DNA of 64,000 nt from Coprobacillus sp. (GCA_021203905.1 JAJQAG010000004.1:129939-193938), one strand, 5' to 3'. Positions 1-9,279 are shown, counted from the stretch's first letter. Translations and numbers: made by a program. The notes: generated by a model not told the origin, from the letters alone.

Positions 1-131
1 CTTCTCTTTTTACAGACACTATCTAATAAAATACTATAAAATAGTATTCTTTTCAATAAAAATATATCTTTTAATTTTATCAAATTAAAGGGTATATTCA
101 GGGTTTTTTCATAGATTTTTAATACATAGTA

Positions 132-1136
132 TTAAATAAGTGTTTGTTGATAAGGAAGGGAGAGATGATGATACGCTTTGATGGTGGCCACTCTTCCCTT
201 CTGGGTTCTATCGATAAATCCTATCTGAATAAGATAGGGTTCATAGACGTCTTCTAGGTTATTAACTTCCTCTCCAATAGCATTAGCGAGTGCTTCCACT
301 CCGACAGGCCCACCTTTAAATCTTTCAATAAGAGTTTTAAGGTAGCGGACATCAACATCATCGAGTCCGATAGCGTCAACCTTAAGAGCCTCAAGAGCTT
401 TTAAAGCATCTTCTTTAGTGATGTGATCTTTTCCTTCGTAGTTAGCAAAATCCCTCACTCTCTTATAAAGACGATTGGCAATTCTTGGAGTTCCACGACT
501 TCGAAGGGCAATCTCGTGGGCGGCATCTTTATCAATACTACATTTAAGAACTTTAGCGGTTCTATTGACAATCTGTTCCATCTCTTCAATGGTGTAAAAA
601 TTAAGTCTCTCCGTAAAACCAAATCTTGTTCTTAAAGGTAAGGAGAGATCACCCGCTCTGGTGGTAGCCCCGATTAAAGTAAAGGGTGGAAGATCGATAT
701 TAATCTCTCTTCCTCCAGAATCTTTTTGGACAACCACTGTGAGTTTAAAATCTTCCATAGCTTCATATAAGACTTCCTCACAAACTCTAGGAAGGCGATG
801 AATTTCATCGATAAATAAAACATCTCCAGGTTCTAAAGAAGTTAAAATTGCCGCTAAATCTCCAGTTTTTTCAATACTTGGACCACTCACAGCGTGGATT
901 TTCGCGTGCATTTCATTGGCAATGACATACGCAAGAGTTGTTTTTCCAAGTCCGGGAGGTCCATAAAAAAGAATGTGATCAAGAGCCTCTTCTCTATGAA
1001 GGGCGGCTCCAATAAAAACCTTAAGGTTCTTCTTGAGAGCATCTTGACCCACATAGTCATCGAGACTTAAAGGACGAAGAGTAACCTCTTCTTCTTTTTC
1101 ACTTTCATTGACATTGGCGTCAAGTAATCTCGACAT
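132..1136 (-). CDS. ruvB: Holliday junction branch migration helicase RuvB
   Basis: 334 aa. AAA+ Walker A motif [12 protein letters not shown] RuvB-like C-terminal winged helix is present. The start lies 1 nt after the ruvA stop. Confidence 0.95.
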   Translation of the reverse strand: MSRLLDANVNESEKEEEVTLRPLSLDDYVGQDALKKNLKVFIGAALHREEALDHILFYGPPGLGKTTLAYVIANEMHAKIHAVSGPSIEKTGDLAAILTSLEPGDVLFIDEIHRLPRVCEEVLYEAMEDFKLTVVVQKDSGGREINIDLPPFTLIGATTRAGDLSLPLRTRFGFTERLNFYTIEEMEQIVNRTAKVLKCSIDKDAAHEIALRSRGTPRIANRLYKRVRDFANYEGKDHITKEDALKALEALKVDAIGLDDVDVRYLKTLIERFKGGPVGVEALANAIGEEVNNLEDVYEPYLIQIGFIDRTQKGRVATIKAYHHLSLPYQQTLI

Positions 1137-1137
1137 T

Positions 1138-1689
1138 TTACTTCCTCAATTTCGCTAAAGCGGCTTTTAAGATTTCTTCGGTTGTTCCATTAGGAATATT
1201 AATGGTGGCGAGGGTTCGATCAATCGCCGCTCCCTTAAAGCCTAAACCTTTTAAAGCCTCATAGACTTCATCATAGACACTAGGATCACCTTTAGTTCCT
1301 GTTATCTCTCCCTTTAAGTCGAGAATAATTTGACTCGCGGCTTTAGAACCAATCCCAGGAAGTTTCTTTAAAAAGGCCACATTATTGGCACTGATCGCAT
1401 CCATCACCGCTTCTGGAGTGGTGCTACTGAGAGCACTAATCACAGTCTTTGGACCCAAGCCTTTAACTTTGATAAGAGAGAGAAAGACACTCTTTTCACT
1501 TTCACTTGAGAATCCGACTAGGTATTCTTCATCTTCTTTCACGACATCATAAGTATAGATTTTGACTTCTTCCCCAATGTGATATTCATCAAGGTGAGAA
1601 ACATAAATAGAATAAGCGACATCATGAACATCGAGGATGACTTGATCCCCATCTTTTTCTGCGACAATTCCTTTTAAGTAGTAAATCAT
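1138..1689 (-). CDS. ruvA: Holliday junction DNA helicase RuvA
   Basis: The track ORF runs to 1782, but its first 31 residues are low-complexity. An internal ATG at 1689 gives the canonical RuvA N-terminus MIYYLKGIV and is preceded by an AAGGAGAAAG Shine-Dalgarno. The C-terminal domain has the GIG motif. Confidence 0.88.
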   Translation of the reverse strand: MIYYLKGIVAEKDGDQVILDVHDVAYSIYVSHLDEYHIGEEVKIYTYDVVKEDEEYLVGFSSESEKSVFLSLIKVKGLGPKTVISALSSTTPEAVMDAISANNVAFLKKLPGIGSKAASQIILDLKGEITGTKGDPSVYDEVYEALKGLGFKGAAIDRTLATINIPNGTTEEILKAALAKLRK

Positions 1690-1702
1690 TTCTTCTTTCT
1701 CC

Positions 1703-1798
1703 TTAAAACACGAGTACAAAGATAATAATAAGAATGAGGATGACGATGGCGGCCACGAGTCCGGCGACAAGAGCGATATCAAATTTATTCTTATCCAT
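1703..1798 (-). CDS. small hydrophobic peptide of 31 aa, MDKNKFDIALVAGLVAAIVILILIIIFVLVF
   Basis: Not in the ORF track. Its ATG overlaps the obg TAA stop as TAATG. The product is a single predicted TM helix. The locally GC-rich codons reflect Ala/Gly/Val usage. Confidence 0.3.
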   Translation of the reverse strand: MDKNKFDIALVAGLVAAIVILILIIIFVLVF

Positions 1799-3078
1799 TA
1801 TTCAACATATTCGAAGATGAAGTCATCGAGTTGGACTGTATCTCCATCTTTCGCTCCCATTCTTTCTAATTCATCATCCACTCCCACTCTTCTTAAATGG
1901 GAGATGAGTTTGAGCATTCCCTCATCAGTGGAAATGTTACACATTTGATAGTACTTCTCTATTCTATCACCACTGATGACGAAATAATCAGATTTTACTT
2001 TTGTAATTTCAAATTCTTTCTCTTCTTCGCCGAGAGTATAGACCTTGATGGTCTCTTCCTCTTCATCTTCTGTATAAAGAGGGAACATCGGAGTGGTCTT
2101 TAAGGTTTCAAAGCATTTATCGATGAGTTTATCCACTCCCCAGCCTCCTAAAGCGGAGATTTCAATTATCTCTTTTTTCACTTTCTTTCTTAAGGAAGCG
2201 AGTCTCTCTTTACTTCCTTCTTCATCCATCTTTGTGGCGACAAGGATCATCGGTCTCTTAAGAAGACCAAACCCATATTCTTTGAGTTCTTTATTAATGG
2301 TTTTATAGTCTTCATAAGGATCTCTCCCCGTATCAGACATATCAATAAGATGGACAATGACACGACATCTTTGAATATGACGGAGAAATTGTAAGCCTAA
2401 ACCTTTACCAAGATGGGCTCCCGCGATTAAACCAGGAAGATCTGCAGCCACAAAGGAATCATTACCATGTACCACTACTCCTAGGTTAGGCACTAAAGTG
2501 GTAAAAGGATAATCCGCAATCTCGGGTCTGGCGGCGCTTATGACACTAAGAAGAGTGCTTTTCCCAACACTTGGAAGACCCACAAAACCAACATCCGCAA
2601 GAAGTTTTAATTCAAGAACTAAACGTTTTGTTTCTCCAGGCGCTCCATTCTCCGCGACTTTTGGCGCTTTATTGACAGAGGACTTAAAGCAAGTGTTACC
2701 TCTTCCACCACGTCCTCCTTTCGCCACACAGATCATCTTCCCATCTTCGTTTAAATCTCCAAGGAATTCATTATCCTCTTCTAGGTAAACGACTGTCCCA
2801 ATAGGAACATCGACGATGACATCTTTTGCCGCTTTTCCGTAGCGGTTTTCTGGACCTCCATTTTCCCCATCCTCTCCAATAAAGGTTTTAGAATGACGAA
2901 AATTATATAGGGTATTTATTGTTTTGTTTGCTCTGAAATAGATGGATGCGCCACGACCGCCATTTCCTCCACTTGGACCTCCATGAGAGACATATTTCTC
3001 TCGATGGAAGGCAATCATCCCATCTCCACCTTTTCCGCTTCTAACTTCAACTATGGCACGATCGACAAATAATGACAT
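1798..3078 (-). CDS. obg: GTPase Obg/CgtA
   Basis: 426 aa. Glycine-rich Obg fold (GKGGDG...GGPSGGNGGRG), a G domain with GLPSVGKST, and an Obg C-terminal domain. Confidence 0.95.
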   Translation of the reverse strand: MSLFVDRAIVEVRSGKGGDGMIAFHREKYVSHGGPSGGNGGRGASIYFRANKTINTLYNFRHSKTFIGEDGENGGPENRYGKAAKDVIVDVPIGTVVYLEEDNEFLGDLNEDGKMICVAKGGRGGRGNTCFKSSVNKAPKVAENGAPGETKRLVLELKLLADVGFVGLPSVGKSTLLSVISAARPEIADYPFTTLVPNLGVVVHGNDSFVAADLPGLIAGAHLGKGLGLQFLRHIQRCRVIVHLIDMSDTGRDPYEDYKTINKELKEYGFGLLKRPMILVATKMDEEGSKERLASLRKKVKKEIIEISALGGWGVDKLIDKCFETLKTTPMFPLYTEDEEEETIKVYTLGEEEKEFEITKVKSDYFVISGDRIEKYYQMCNISTDEGMLKLISHLRRVGVDDELERMGAKDGDTVQLDDFIFEYVE

Positions 3079-3083
3079 AAGGT

Positions 3084-3113
3084 TATTATACCCATTTTTA
3101 TTCGTATAAACAA
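3084..3113 (-). promoter_or_regulatory. putative sigma-A promoter for a leaderless obg mRNA
   Basis: On the minus strand there is a perfect TATAAT (plus 3084-3089) only 5 nt before the obg ATG. A TTGTTT motif lies 18 nt upstream. No Shine-Dalgarno precedes obg. Confidence 0.3.
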
Positions 3114-3179
3114 AGTTTATTTACGAATAAGTAAACCTGTTTTATCATTAAATCTATAAAGGAAGTTTGTGTTTAAGGA

Positions 3180-3464
3180 TTAGTCTGCGACCACACAGAC
3201 ACATTTCTTTCTTCTTCCCATTCTCTGGTAGTGAACAGTGCCATTAACTAGAGCGAAGATGGTGTCATCTCCACCTTTCTTGGTATTGGTCCCTGGATAA
3301 ATCTTTGTTCCTCTTTGACGGTAAATAATTGATCCAGCATGGCACCATTGCCCATCGGCGACTTTAGCACCTAAACGACGGCCCGCGCTATCACGGCCGT
3401 TCTTGGTACTCGAGGCACCTTTATGGGATGCGAATAATTGTATATCTAATTTAAACATCATCAT
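3180..3464 (-). CDS. rpmA: 50S ribosomal protein L27 with N-terminal propeptide
   Basis: 94 aa. [26 protein letters not shown] matches the Firmicute L27 pro-sequence and its Prp cleavage site. Confidence 0.95.
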   Translation of the reverse strand: MMMFKLDIQLFASHKGASSTKNGRDSAGRRLGAKVADGQWCHAGSIIYRQRGTKIYPGTNTKKGGDDTIFALVNGTVHYQRMGRRKKCVCVVAD

Positions 3465-3480
3465 CGGTTACCACCTTTCT

Positions 3481-3804
3481 TTAATCTATGGTCACCACTT
3501 CACTGACGGAGACATATTGGGGATAACTTTCTTTAATTGTCTTTAGAGAAGTTAACATTGTCTCGATGACCACTTTGTCATGCTCGCTTGGTTCTTCTTT
3601 GGCCACCAAGCTCGCATATCCACTTTCGAGTTGGAGAGAGAATTTATTGCTGTCTTGGAGAGAATTGAATCCTCCAGTGACGATACTTGAGACAGCGGCA
3701 CATATGAGATCTTCACCTTTTTCAGCGCTTCCACTATGACCAGTGACGAGAAGTGTTACCGGAGTGGTGCTATGATTTGAATAGGTGTAGACAACTTTAA
3801 TCAT
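3481..3804 (-). CDS. prp: ribosomal-processing cysteine protease Prp (YsxB family)
   Basis: 107 aa. The conserved [18 protein letters not shown] catalytic His/Cys region is present. The gene lies between rplU and rpmA as in Bacillus, and its start overlaps the rplU stop as ATGA. Confidence 0.85.
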   Translation of the reverse strand: MIKVVYTYSNHSTTPVTLLVTGHSGSAEKGEDLICAAVSSIVTGGFNSLQDSNKFSLQLESGYASLVAKEEPSEHDKVVIETMLTSLKTIKESYPQYVSVSEVVTID

Positions 3805-4115
3805 TTGGTGTTGATACTTTCAATGACTAAGCATGTGTAGGGCTGACGATGGCCCATGGTTTTTCTCTCATTGGTTTTTGCTCGATAATGGAAAACGCGA
3901 ATTTTTCTTTCTTTGCCCTGTTTTTCCACTGTAGCGGTGACACTAGCGCCACTCACATAGGGTTTCCCAACAGAGTTTTTCTTACCGTCAGAGATGAATA
4001 GCACTTTATCGAGAGTGACACTTGAACCCTCTTCAGCGGGAAGTTTTTCAACATAGACATGTTGACCAACCTCGACACGGACTTGCTTTCCACCCGTTTC
4101 AATGATTGCGTACAT
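3801..4115 (-). CDS. rplU: 50S ribosomal protein L21
   Basis: 104 aa, beginning [17 protein letters not shown] Shine-Dalgarno lies 7 nt upstream. Confidence 0.95.
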   Translation of the reverse strand: MYAIIETGGKQVRVEVGQHVYVEKLPAEEGSSVTLDKVLFISDGKKNSVGKPYVSGASVTATVEKQGKERKIRVFHYRAKTNERKTMGHRQPYTCLVIESINTK

Positions 4116-4262
4116 TACTTGGCCTCCTTATTTTAAATTCACTAAGGACTCGCTATGAAGGTCGAGAAGAATCTCAGTTAGTAAACCTTTTCTAGGCGGT
4201 TGTAGCTAGTGAGGCTAAACAACGCTTGATACTATAACATAGTTATAATATGCCCGCAAGAA
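4116..4262 (-). promoter_or_regulatory. rplU promoter (TTGCGG-17-TGtTATAGT) plus a leader of about 125 nt, possible L21 leader
   Basis: On the minus strand an extended -10 TGTTATAGT sits with 17-nt spacing to a TTGCGG -35. A long structured 5' UTR precedes the L21 Shine-Dalgarno. The L21 autoregulatory leader of Firmicutes is established knowledge, but the fold was not verified here. Confidence 0.35.
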
Positions 4263-4276
4263 GTTTTTTAAGAGGG

Positions 4277-4972
4277 TTAGAGTTTTTTATAGATGATGTC
4301 TTTATTATCCGCAAACGAATAATAACCTTGACCAGAGATGATAATGTGATCGAGAAATTCAATTCCGACTTTTGCACTATCCTCTAAAAGAAGGAAGGTG
4401 AAATTGATATCATAGTCACTCGGTGTGACCACCTTTTGACCAGAGGGGTGATTATGAATAATGTAATACTTTTTCCCTCCTCTCTTTAGTATTTCCCCTA
4501 AAATTTCATTTTCATTCACCGACATATCACTACTGGTTCCTTGGTAGAGATCGCTCTCATGAATGATCCTTCCACTTTTAGAGATGGAGACGACGATAAG
4601 GTGTTCTTGTCCTTCGTCTCGAAATAGGCTTTGGTATTTGTTAATGAGGTATTCTTTGATATCCCCAATCGAGGCACACTCTTGAATCTGATAGTTGTAT
4701 CTTTTAGCGATTTCTATGACCGCGGCAATCTTGGTGGCATTGATCTTATTAATCCCTTCATGGGCCACTAAATCATCCATGGTCATTTCTCCTACTTTTA
4801 CTAGTCCTCCTTCCATTAAAATAGATTGACTTATCTCAATCGCGGACATCTTCTTAGTTCCACTAGAGATAATCAGAGCGACGAGTTCTGTATCAGAGAG
4901 GGCGCTAATCCCATAACGCATGGCTTTTTCTCTCGGTCTGAGTAAAGGTGGGATGTTTTTTATCTTTCCCAT
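4277..4972 (-). CDS. radC: RadC-like JAB/MPN domain protein (UPF0758)
   Basis: HNHPSG JAMM motif and an N-terminal HhH segment LSDTELVALI. The start is set at the ATG at 4972 (MGKIKNIPPLLRPRE), which overlaps the stop of the upstream small ORF as TAATG. The track start at 4993 is an alternative. Confidence 0.85.
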   Translation of the reverse strand: MGKIKNIPPLLRPREKAMRYGISALSDTELVALIISSGTKKMSAIEISQSILMEGGLVKVGEMTMDDLVAHEGINKINATKIAAVIEIAKRYNYQIQECASIGDIKEYLINKYQSLFRDEGQEHLIVVSISKSGRIIHESDLYQGTSSDMSVNENEILGEILKRGGKKYYIIHNHPSGQKVVTPSDYDINFTFLLLEDSAKVGIEFLDHIIISGQGYYSFADNKDIIYKKL

Positions 4973-5154
4973 TAAGCCCACTGAAATTCCCATCCACCAG
5001 GGATGGTGACCTCTCCACTGTTACTGGTGGCAATACGACAGACAAGAGCGGCAACTACCGCTGCGGCAAGGATTGCCATTACTGCGGTAAGAGTTATGGC
5101 TTCACCAACGACCTCTTGACGCATCTCGTCATCATTCATTTTTGTTAGTGTCAT
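4972..5154 (-). CDS. small membrane protein of 60 aa
   Basis: The central stretch ITLTAVMAILAAAVVAALV is hydrophobic. A strong GGAGG Shine-Dalgarno lies 7 nt upstream. The gene is translationally coupled to radC and is preceded by a 24-nt motif shared with the gene at 20633. Confidence 0.45.
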   Translation of the reverse strand: MTLTKMNDDEMRQEVVGEAITLTAVMAILAAAVVAALVCRIATSNSGEVTIPGGWEFQWA

Positions 5155-5161
5155 TCTTTTT

Positions 5162-5186
5162 CCTCCTTTGTCTATATATTCATTAG
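5162..5186 (-). repeat. conserved leader motif copy A: CTAATGAATATATAGACAAAGGAGG on the coding strand
   Basis: Near-identical to positions 21092-21120 (one T indel). It ends in the Shine-Dalgarno of the downstream gene. Confidence 0.5.
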
Positions 5187-5236
5187 TAAGAGATTTCTCT
5201 CTTTTGGGAGAAAAATGTTAAAGAAAAGACACAAAA

Positions 5237-5262
5237 GAAAAAATCACCGAAGTGATTCTCTC
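5237..5262 (-). terminator. intrinsic terminator after valS
   Basis: The minus strand reads AATCACttcgGTGATT followed by TTTTTT. Confidence 0.6.
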
Positions 5263-5285
5263 TTTTATATACAAAGTATATAAAC

Positions 5286-7865
5286 TTACTTTAACTTAGA
5301 GAGCAAGGCCTTGAGATTCTCTTCGTGTTTCTTCTTCTTCGCTTGCTCAAGCTCGACCTTTTCTTTTGGGGCTTTAGAGACAAAACTTGGATTAGAGAGT
5401 AAGCTCTCACATCTATTGATCTCACTCTTAAGATATTCTATCTCTTTTAAGATGGCGTCTTTGTCAGTCTCTTCTTCTACAATTAAGAGATCAAAACTAG
5501 AGAATGTATAGAGAGAACCTTCTTTCTTAGAGATGTTTTTATCATTAATTGTGAGCTCATCTGTAAAGGTAAATCTCTTAAATAAAGGAGTAATATCATA
5601 ACTATATAGACCTTTATAGTTGAGAGAGACGACTAACCCTTGATTGGGAGAGATTTTTCTCTCAATTTTATAGTTTCTCACGACCTTAATAGCACTCACT
5701 AAAGAATCTATGAGTTCATCACTCTCTTTATTAACCCACTTTGCGTGATACTTAGGATAGGTTTCTAAGTTCACACTTTCTCGGTGAGAAGGAAGTGATA
5801 AATAGATCTCTTCACTGATAAAAGGAGTAAAAGGAGAGAGCATTAAAACAATATTCTTAAGGCAATAATAGAGGACTTGATAAGTAACCTCTCTCTCCTC
5901 ACTTTGAAGAGAAACTTTACTCATCTCGATATATGTAGAGCAGAAATCATCGTAGACAAAGTCATAGAGAAGAGAACTCGCTTGATTAAAGTTATAGTGT
6001 TCCATATGGGTGGTGACCTTCTTTGTCACCTCTTCCATCTTATTAATAATCCATTGATTAAGAGGAGATAAGTCTAAACGAGAGAGATTCTTTACTGGTT
6101 TAAAGCCTTCTGGTAAGACACTTAAGACATAGCGTGCGGAATTATAGACCTTATTTAAGTAATTAGAGGCCGCAACGACCTTATTTTCACTATATCTCAT
6201 GTCAAGACCTGCTGCGGTATTCGTGGTAAGGAAATATCGAAGAGCATCCGCACCATATTTATCGATAACCACAAGGGGATCCACTCCATTACCTAAGGTT
6301 TTTGACATCTTTCTTCCTAATTCATCACGACAGAGACCATGAATGATGACATTACGGAAAGGAATCTGGTTATTAAAATGGAGAGATTGGACCATCATAC
6401 GACTGACCCAGAAAAAGATTATGTCATATCCTGTAATAAGAGCGGAGGTTGGGAAATAACGCTGAAATAATGGATCTGTAGTATCAGGCCAGTTTAAAGT
6501 GGCAAAGGGCCAAAGAGCACTTGAGAACCAAGTATCTAAGACATCACTATCTTGTTCGTAGTTATTAATATCTTTTGGGGCCTCTTCACTAACGATGACA
6601 GAGCCATCAATCTTTGAATAATACGCTGGGATACGATGTCCCCACCTAAGTTGACGAGAGATACACCAATCTTCGATATTATCCATCCAGCGGATAAGAG
6701 TATTATTAAATCTTTGTGGGATAAAATTCACTTTCCCTTTACCCTTTTGTGTCTCAATGACTTTTTGGGCAAGAGGTTTCATCTTCACAAACCATTGTTT
6801 GGAAATCATTGGTTCCACAACAGCGCCAGAGCGCTCACTATGTCCCACAGAGTGAGTGATGGTTTCTTCTTTGATAAAATCATCATTATCTATTAGTTCT
6901 TTTAATAAAGCTTCACGACAATCATATCTATCTAGGCCTTGATATTTCCCGCAGTGCTCATTCATCTTCCCATCTAGCGTCATAATCACAGGTTTCTCGA
7001 GATGATATTTCTCCCCAATAAGAAAGTCATTAGGATCATGAGCGGGTGTACATTTCATCACTCCCGTTCCAAAACTAACATCGACATATTCATCACAAAT
7101 TACTTCAATTACTTCTTTATTTGCGGGATTTATCACTTTTTTACCGATATATTTTGTATATCTTTTATCTTTAGGATTCACTACAAGACAGACATCTCCA
7201 AACATGGTCTCGGGTCTTGTTGTGGCCACTGTGAGATATTCATCACTATCCACTAAACGATACTTAAAGTAATACATCTTTCCTAGATCATCGCTATGGA
7301 TAACTTCAACATTACTTAAAGCGGTCATCTGCACTGGATCCCAGTTTATGATCCTCTGTCCTTGATAGATAAGTCCTTCCTTATACATTTGGACAAAGAC
7401 TTTCTTTACCGCTTTTTGCATCCCCTCATCAAGGGTGAATCTTTCCTTAGAATAATCAAGGCTTAATCCAAACTTCTTCCACTGCTCATGAATGCTAGAT
7501 GCATACTCATCTTTCCATTGCCAAGCGTAGGTTAGGAATTCATCACGACTTAAATCATGAGGATTAATCCCACTATTTCTGAGTTTCTCACTGACTTTAG
7601 CTTCAGTAGCAATACCCGCATGATCCATTCCTGGAAGGAATAAGACATCATATCCTTTCATTCTTTTATAGCGGCAGATAATATCTTGTATGGTCGTGTC
7701 CCAAGCATGTCCTAAATGGAGTTTTCCGGTCACATTAGGGGGAGGAATAACGATGGAATATGGTTTCTTAGTGAGATCACCACAAGTAAAATAACCTTTC
7801 TGACACCAGGTTTCATACTTCCCTTCTTCCACTTTTTTTGGATCGTATCTTTTATCCATAACCAC
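5286..7865 (-). CDS. valS: valyl-tRNA synthetase
   Basis: 859 aa. HIGH-type motif region (GKLHLGHAW) and KMSKTLGN. A C-terminal coiled coil is present. Confidence 0.97.
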   Translation of the reverse strand: MVMDKRYDPKKVEEGKYETWCQKGYFTCGDLTKKPYSIVIPPPNVTGKLHLGHAWDTTIQDIICRYKRMKGYDVLFLPGMDHAGIATEAKVSEKLRNSGINPHDLSRDEFLTYAWQWKDEYASSIHEQWKKFGLSLDYSKERFTLDEGMQKAVKKVFVQMYKEGLIYQGQRIINWDPVQMTALSNVEVIHSDDLGKMYYFKYRLVDSDEYLTVATTRPETMFGDVCLVVNPKDKRYTKYIGKKVINPANKEVIEVICDEYVDVSFGTGVMKCTPAHDPNDFLIGEKYHLEKPVIMTLDGKMNEHCGKYQGLDRYDCREALLKELIDNDDFIKEETITHSVGHSERSGAVVEPMISKQWFVKMKPLAQKVIETQKGKGKVNFIPQRFNNTLIRWMDNIEDWCISRQLRWGHRIPAYYSKIDGSVIVSEEAPKDINNYEQDSDVLDTWFSSALWPFATLNWPDTTDPLFQRYFPTSALITGYDIIFFWVSRMMVQSLHFNNQIPFRNVIIHGLCRDELGRKMSKTLGNGVDPLVVIDKYGADALRYFLTTNTAAGLDMRYSENKVVAASNYLNKVYNSARYVLSVLPEGFKPVKNLSRLDLSPLNQWIINKMEEVTKKVTTHMEHYNFNQASSLLYDFVYDDFCSTYIEMSKVSLQSEEREVTYQVLYYCLKNIVLMLSPFTPFISEEIYLSLPSHRESVNLETYPKYHAKWVNKESDELIDSLVSAIKVVRNYKIERKISPNQGLVVSLNYKGLYSYDITPLFKRFTFTDELTINDKNISKKEGSLYTFSSFDLLIVEEETDKDAILKEIEYLKSEINRCESLLSNPSFVSKAPKEKVELEQAKKKKHEENLKALLSKLK

Positions 7866-8057
7866 TCCTAGAAGAAATAAAAAACGTCCATCTTAAGGAC
7901 GCTCATCACGCGGTACCACCTTAATTCGCTACACCGTAACGCACTTCATTTATTGTTTTGTTCTCCAAAGCGACCTTCGTTATACTTCTTCACCAGGCTT
8001 CCACCATCCCCAGCTCTCTATACAAGATGGATATAACTACTCCTCTTCTTCACCGAA
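7866..8057 (-). promoter_or_regulatory. T-box leader of valS
   Basis: On the minus strand the T-box sequence AATTAAGGTGGTACCGCGTGA (plus 7909-7926) is followed by the terminator CGTCCttaagatGGACG and TTTTTT (plus 7879-7901), directly before the valS Shine-Dalgarno. Confidence 0.8.
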
Positions 8058-8064
8058 CACTCTT

Positions 8065-8093
8065 ATTATAATAAGAGAACAACCTTAATTCAA
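8065..8093 (-). promoter_or_regulatory. promoter of the valS T-box leader (TTGAAT-17-TATAAT)
   Basis: The -10 box lies inside the perfect 18-bp palindrome CTCTTATTATAATAAGAG (8058-8075). Confidence 0.5.
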
Positions 8094-8127
8094 TATCTCA
8101 AATATCAAATACATGATATTTAAAAGT

Positions 8128-8150
8128 CCCACAAAGTGGGACTTATATTA
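8128..8150 (-). terminator. intrinsic terminator after the XRE-family gene
   Basis: GTCCCACaaaGTGGGAC is a perfect 7-bp stem, followed on the minus strand by TTTTAAAT. Confidence 0.55.
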
Positions 8151-8196
8151 TATATAATGTCGGGAAACACATATATACATTTAATTAAGCTTTAGC

Positions 8197-9210
8197 TTAC
8201 TTTGTCCTCGCCCTATCAGAAGCTAAACGATAAGGATTCTCGTTCTTTGCGACTAAATGGATGGTGTCAACATGCTTATAGGCACGATGGACCGCTACTG
8301 GGAAAGCAAAGATTGAGAAGAGAGCGGAAACAAAGAACGCGGCAAGGAAAGCCACGATAACAAACAAGAGACTTACAAGGAAGAAGAATAATTTAATCGT
8401 AATTAAGAAGATTATTCCTCCTACTGACCAGCCAAAGATTACTCCTGGCATCCTCACAAATCCCCAGCTTGCAACCTCTGTAAACATCTCACCCACAAAG
8501 GTATTATCCACACCCACAGTGAAGACAAATGCAAGCATGACATACGCTCCGGCAATACTTCCGATGCAAAGTCCTAAGCAGAGACCGAGATTATCGTGCT
8601 CGGCAATACCGGCAACTAGCATCGCCACAAAGGTGATAGAAGCAAGGGTAATTGCCCAAGCCCAGGATCTCTTTCTTCTTCTTAGATGCTTTGATTTCTC
8701 ATTCGCAATCCAGTTTTCTCTTCTCTTCATGAAGCAATCGTCACAAAGAGTCCAACCTTTTCTTCCACCTTTCCCTGTGGTGGATTTCTTGACATGCATA
8801 GTTTCGCCTTCAAGAATTGGTTTTTGACAATCATCACAAACACCAATTTGTCTCTTTGTGAGTTGCTGATATAGCTCTTCATCAATGACTCTTGTGGGAG
8901 CACTTCCTTGTGGCGCCGCTTGACTAGTAGCGGGCGCACTTGTAGTTTGACCACTGCTCACAGGGCTTTCTCCTACAAGGGCACTTGCCGGTGATGTCGG
9001 TGTTACAGCTGTTTTTGTGGAGTATAAGTCATCAATCGTGACATTAAAAATTTTCGCGAGTTTCGCCACAGTATCGAGATCTGGTTCGCTATTACCAGTC
9101 TCCCATTTAGAAACCGCTTGTGTAGTTACGTAAAGCTGACTCGCGAGATCGCTCTGCGAGAGATTATGAAGCTTACGATAGTATTGGATTCTTTCCCCTA
9201 TCTGTGACAT
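8197..9210 (-). CDS. membrane-anchored XRE-family HTH transcriptional regulator with a central Cys4 zinc-ribbon-like motif
   Basis: The N-terminal HTH_3 region reads YYRKLHNLSQSDLASQLYVTTQAVSKWETGNSEPD. It is followed by a low-complexity linker, then CDDCQKP...CDDCF, then about four C-terminal TM helices. Confidence 0.8.
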   Translation of the reverse strand: MSQIGERIQYYRKLHNLSQSDLASQLYVTTQAVSKWETGNSEPDLDTVAKLAKIFNVTIDDLYSTKTAVTPTSPASALVGESPVSSGQTTSAPATSQAAPQGSAPTRVIDEELYQQLTKRQIGVCDDCQKPILEGETMHVKKSTTGKGGRKGWTLCDDCFMKRRENWIANEKSKHLRRRKRSWAWAITLASITFVAMLVAGIAEHDNLGLCLGLCIGSIAGAYVMLAFVFTVGVDNTFVGEMFTEVASWGFVRMPGVIFGWSVGGIIFLITIKLFFFLVSLLFVIVAFLAAFFVSALFSIFAFPVAVHRAYKHVDTIHLVAKNENPYRLASDRARTK

Positions 9211-9279
9211 AACTCACCTCCTAGTTGATAGCATAAATATAAAGCGAAAGAGATAATAATGTAAATAATTTAACCTAAA

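Noticed and set aside
423-635. 70-aa antisense ORF inside ruvB, and similar antisense or shifted ORFs inside large genes (1897-2308, 2540-2788, 8519-8954, 13261-13594, 32627-33040, 46582-46941, 60119-60400 and others)
   Set aside because: All lie fully within well-supported conserved genes on the opposite strand or in another frame, with low-complexity Ser/Leu-rich products. These are typical AT-rich genome artefacts.
1690-1782. 31-residue N-terminal extension of the ruvA ORF (MISLLSPDSWPPSSSS...)
   Set aside because: Low-complexity sequence. The canonical RuvA N-terminus and a good Shine-Dalgarno are at the internal ATG at 1689. The extension overlaps the small hydrophobic ORF in another frame.
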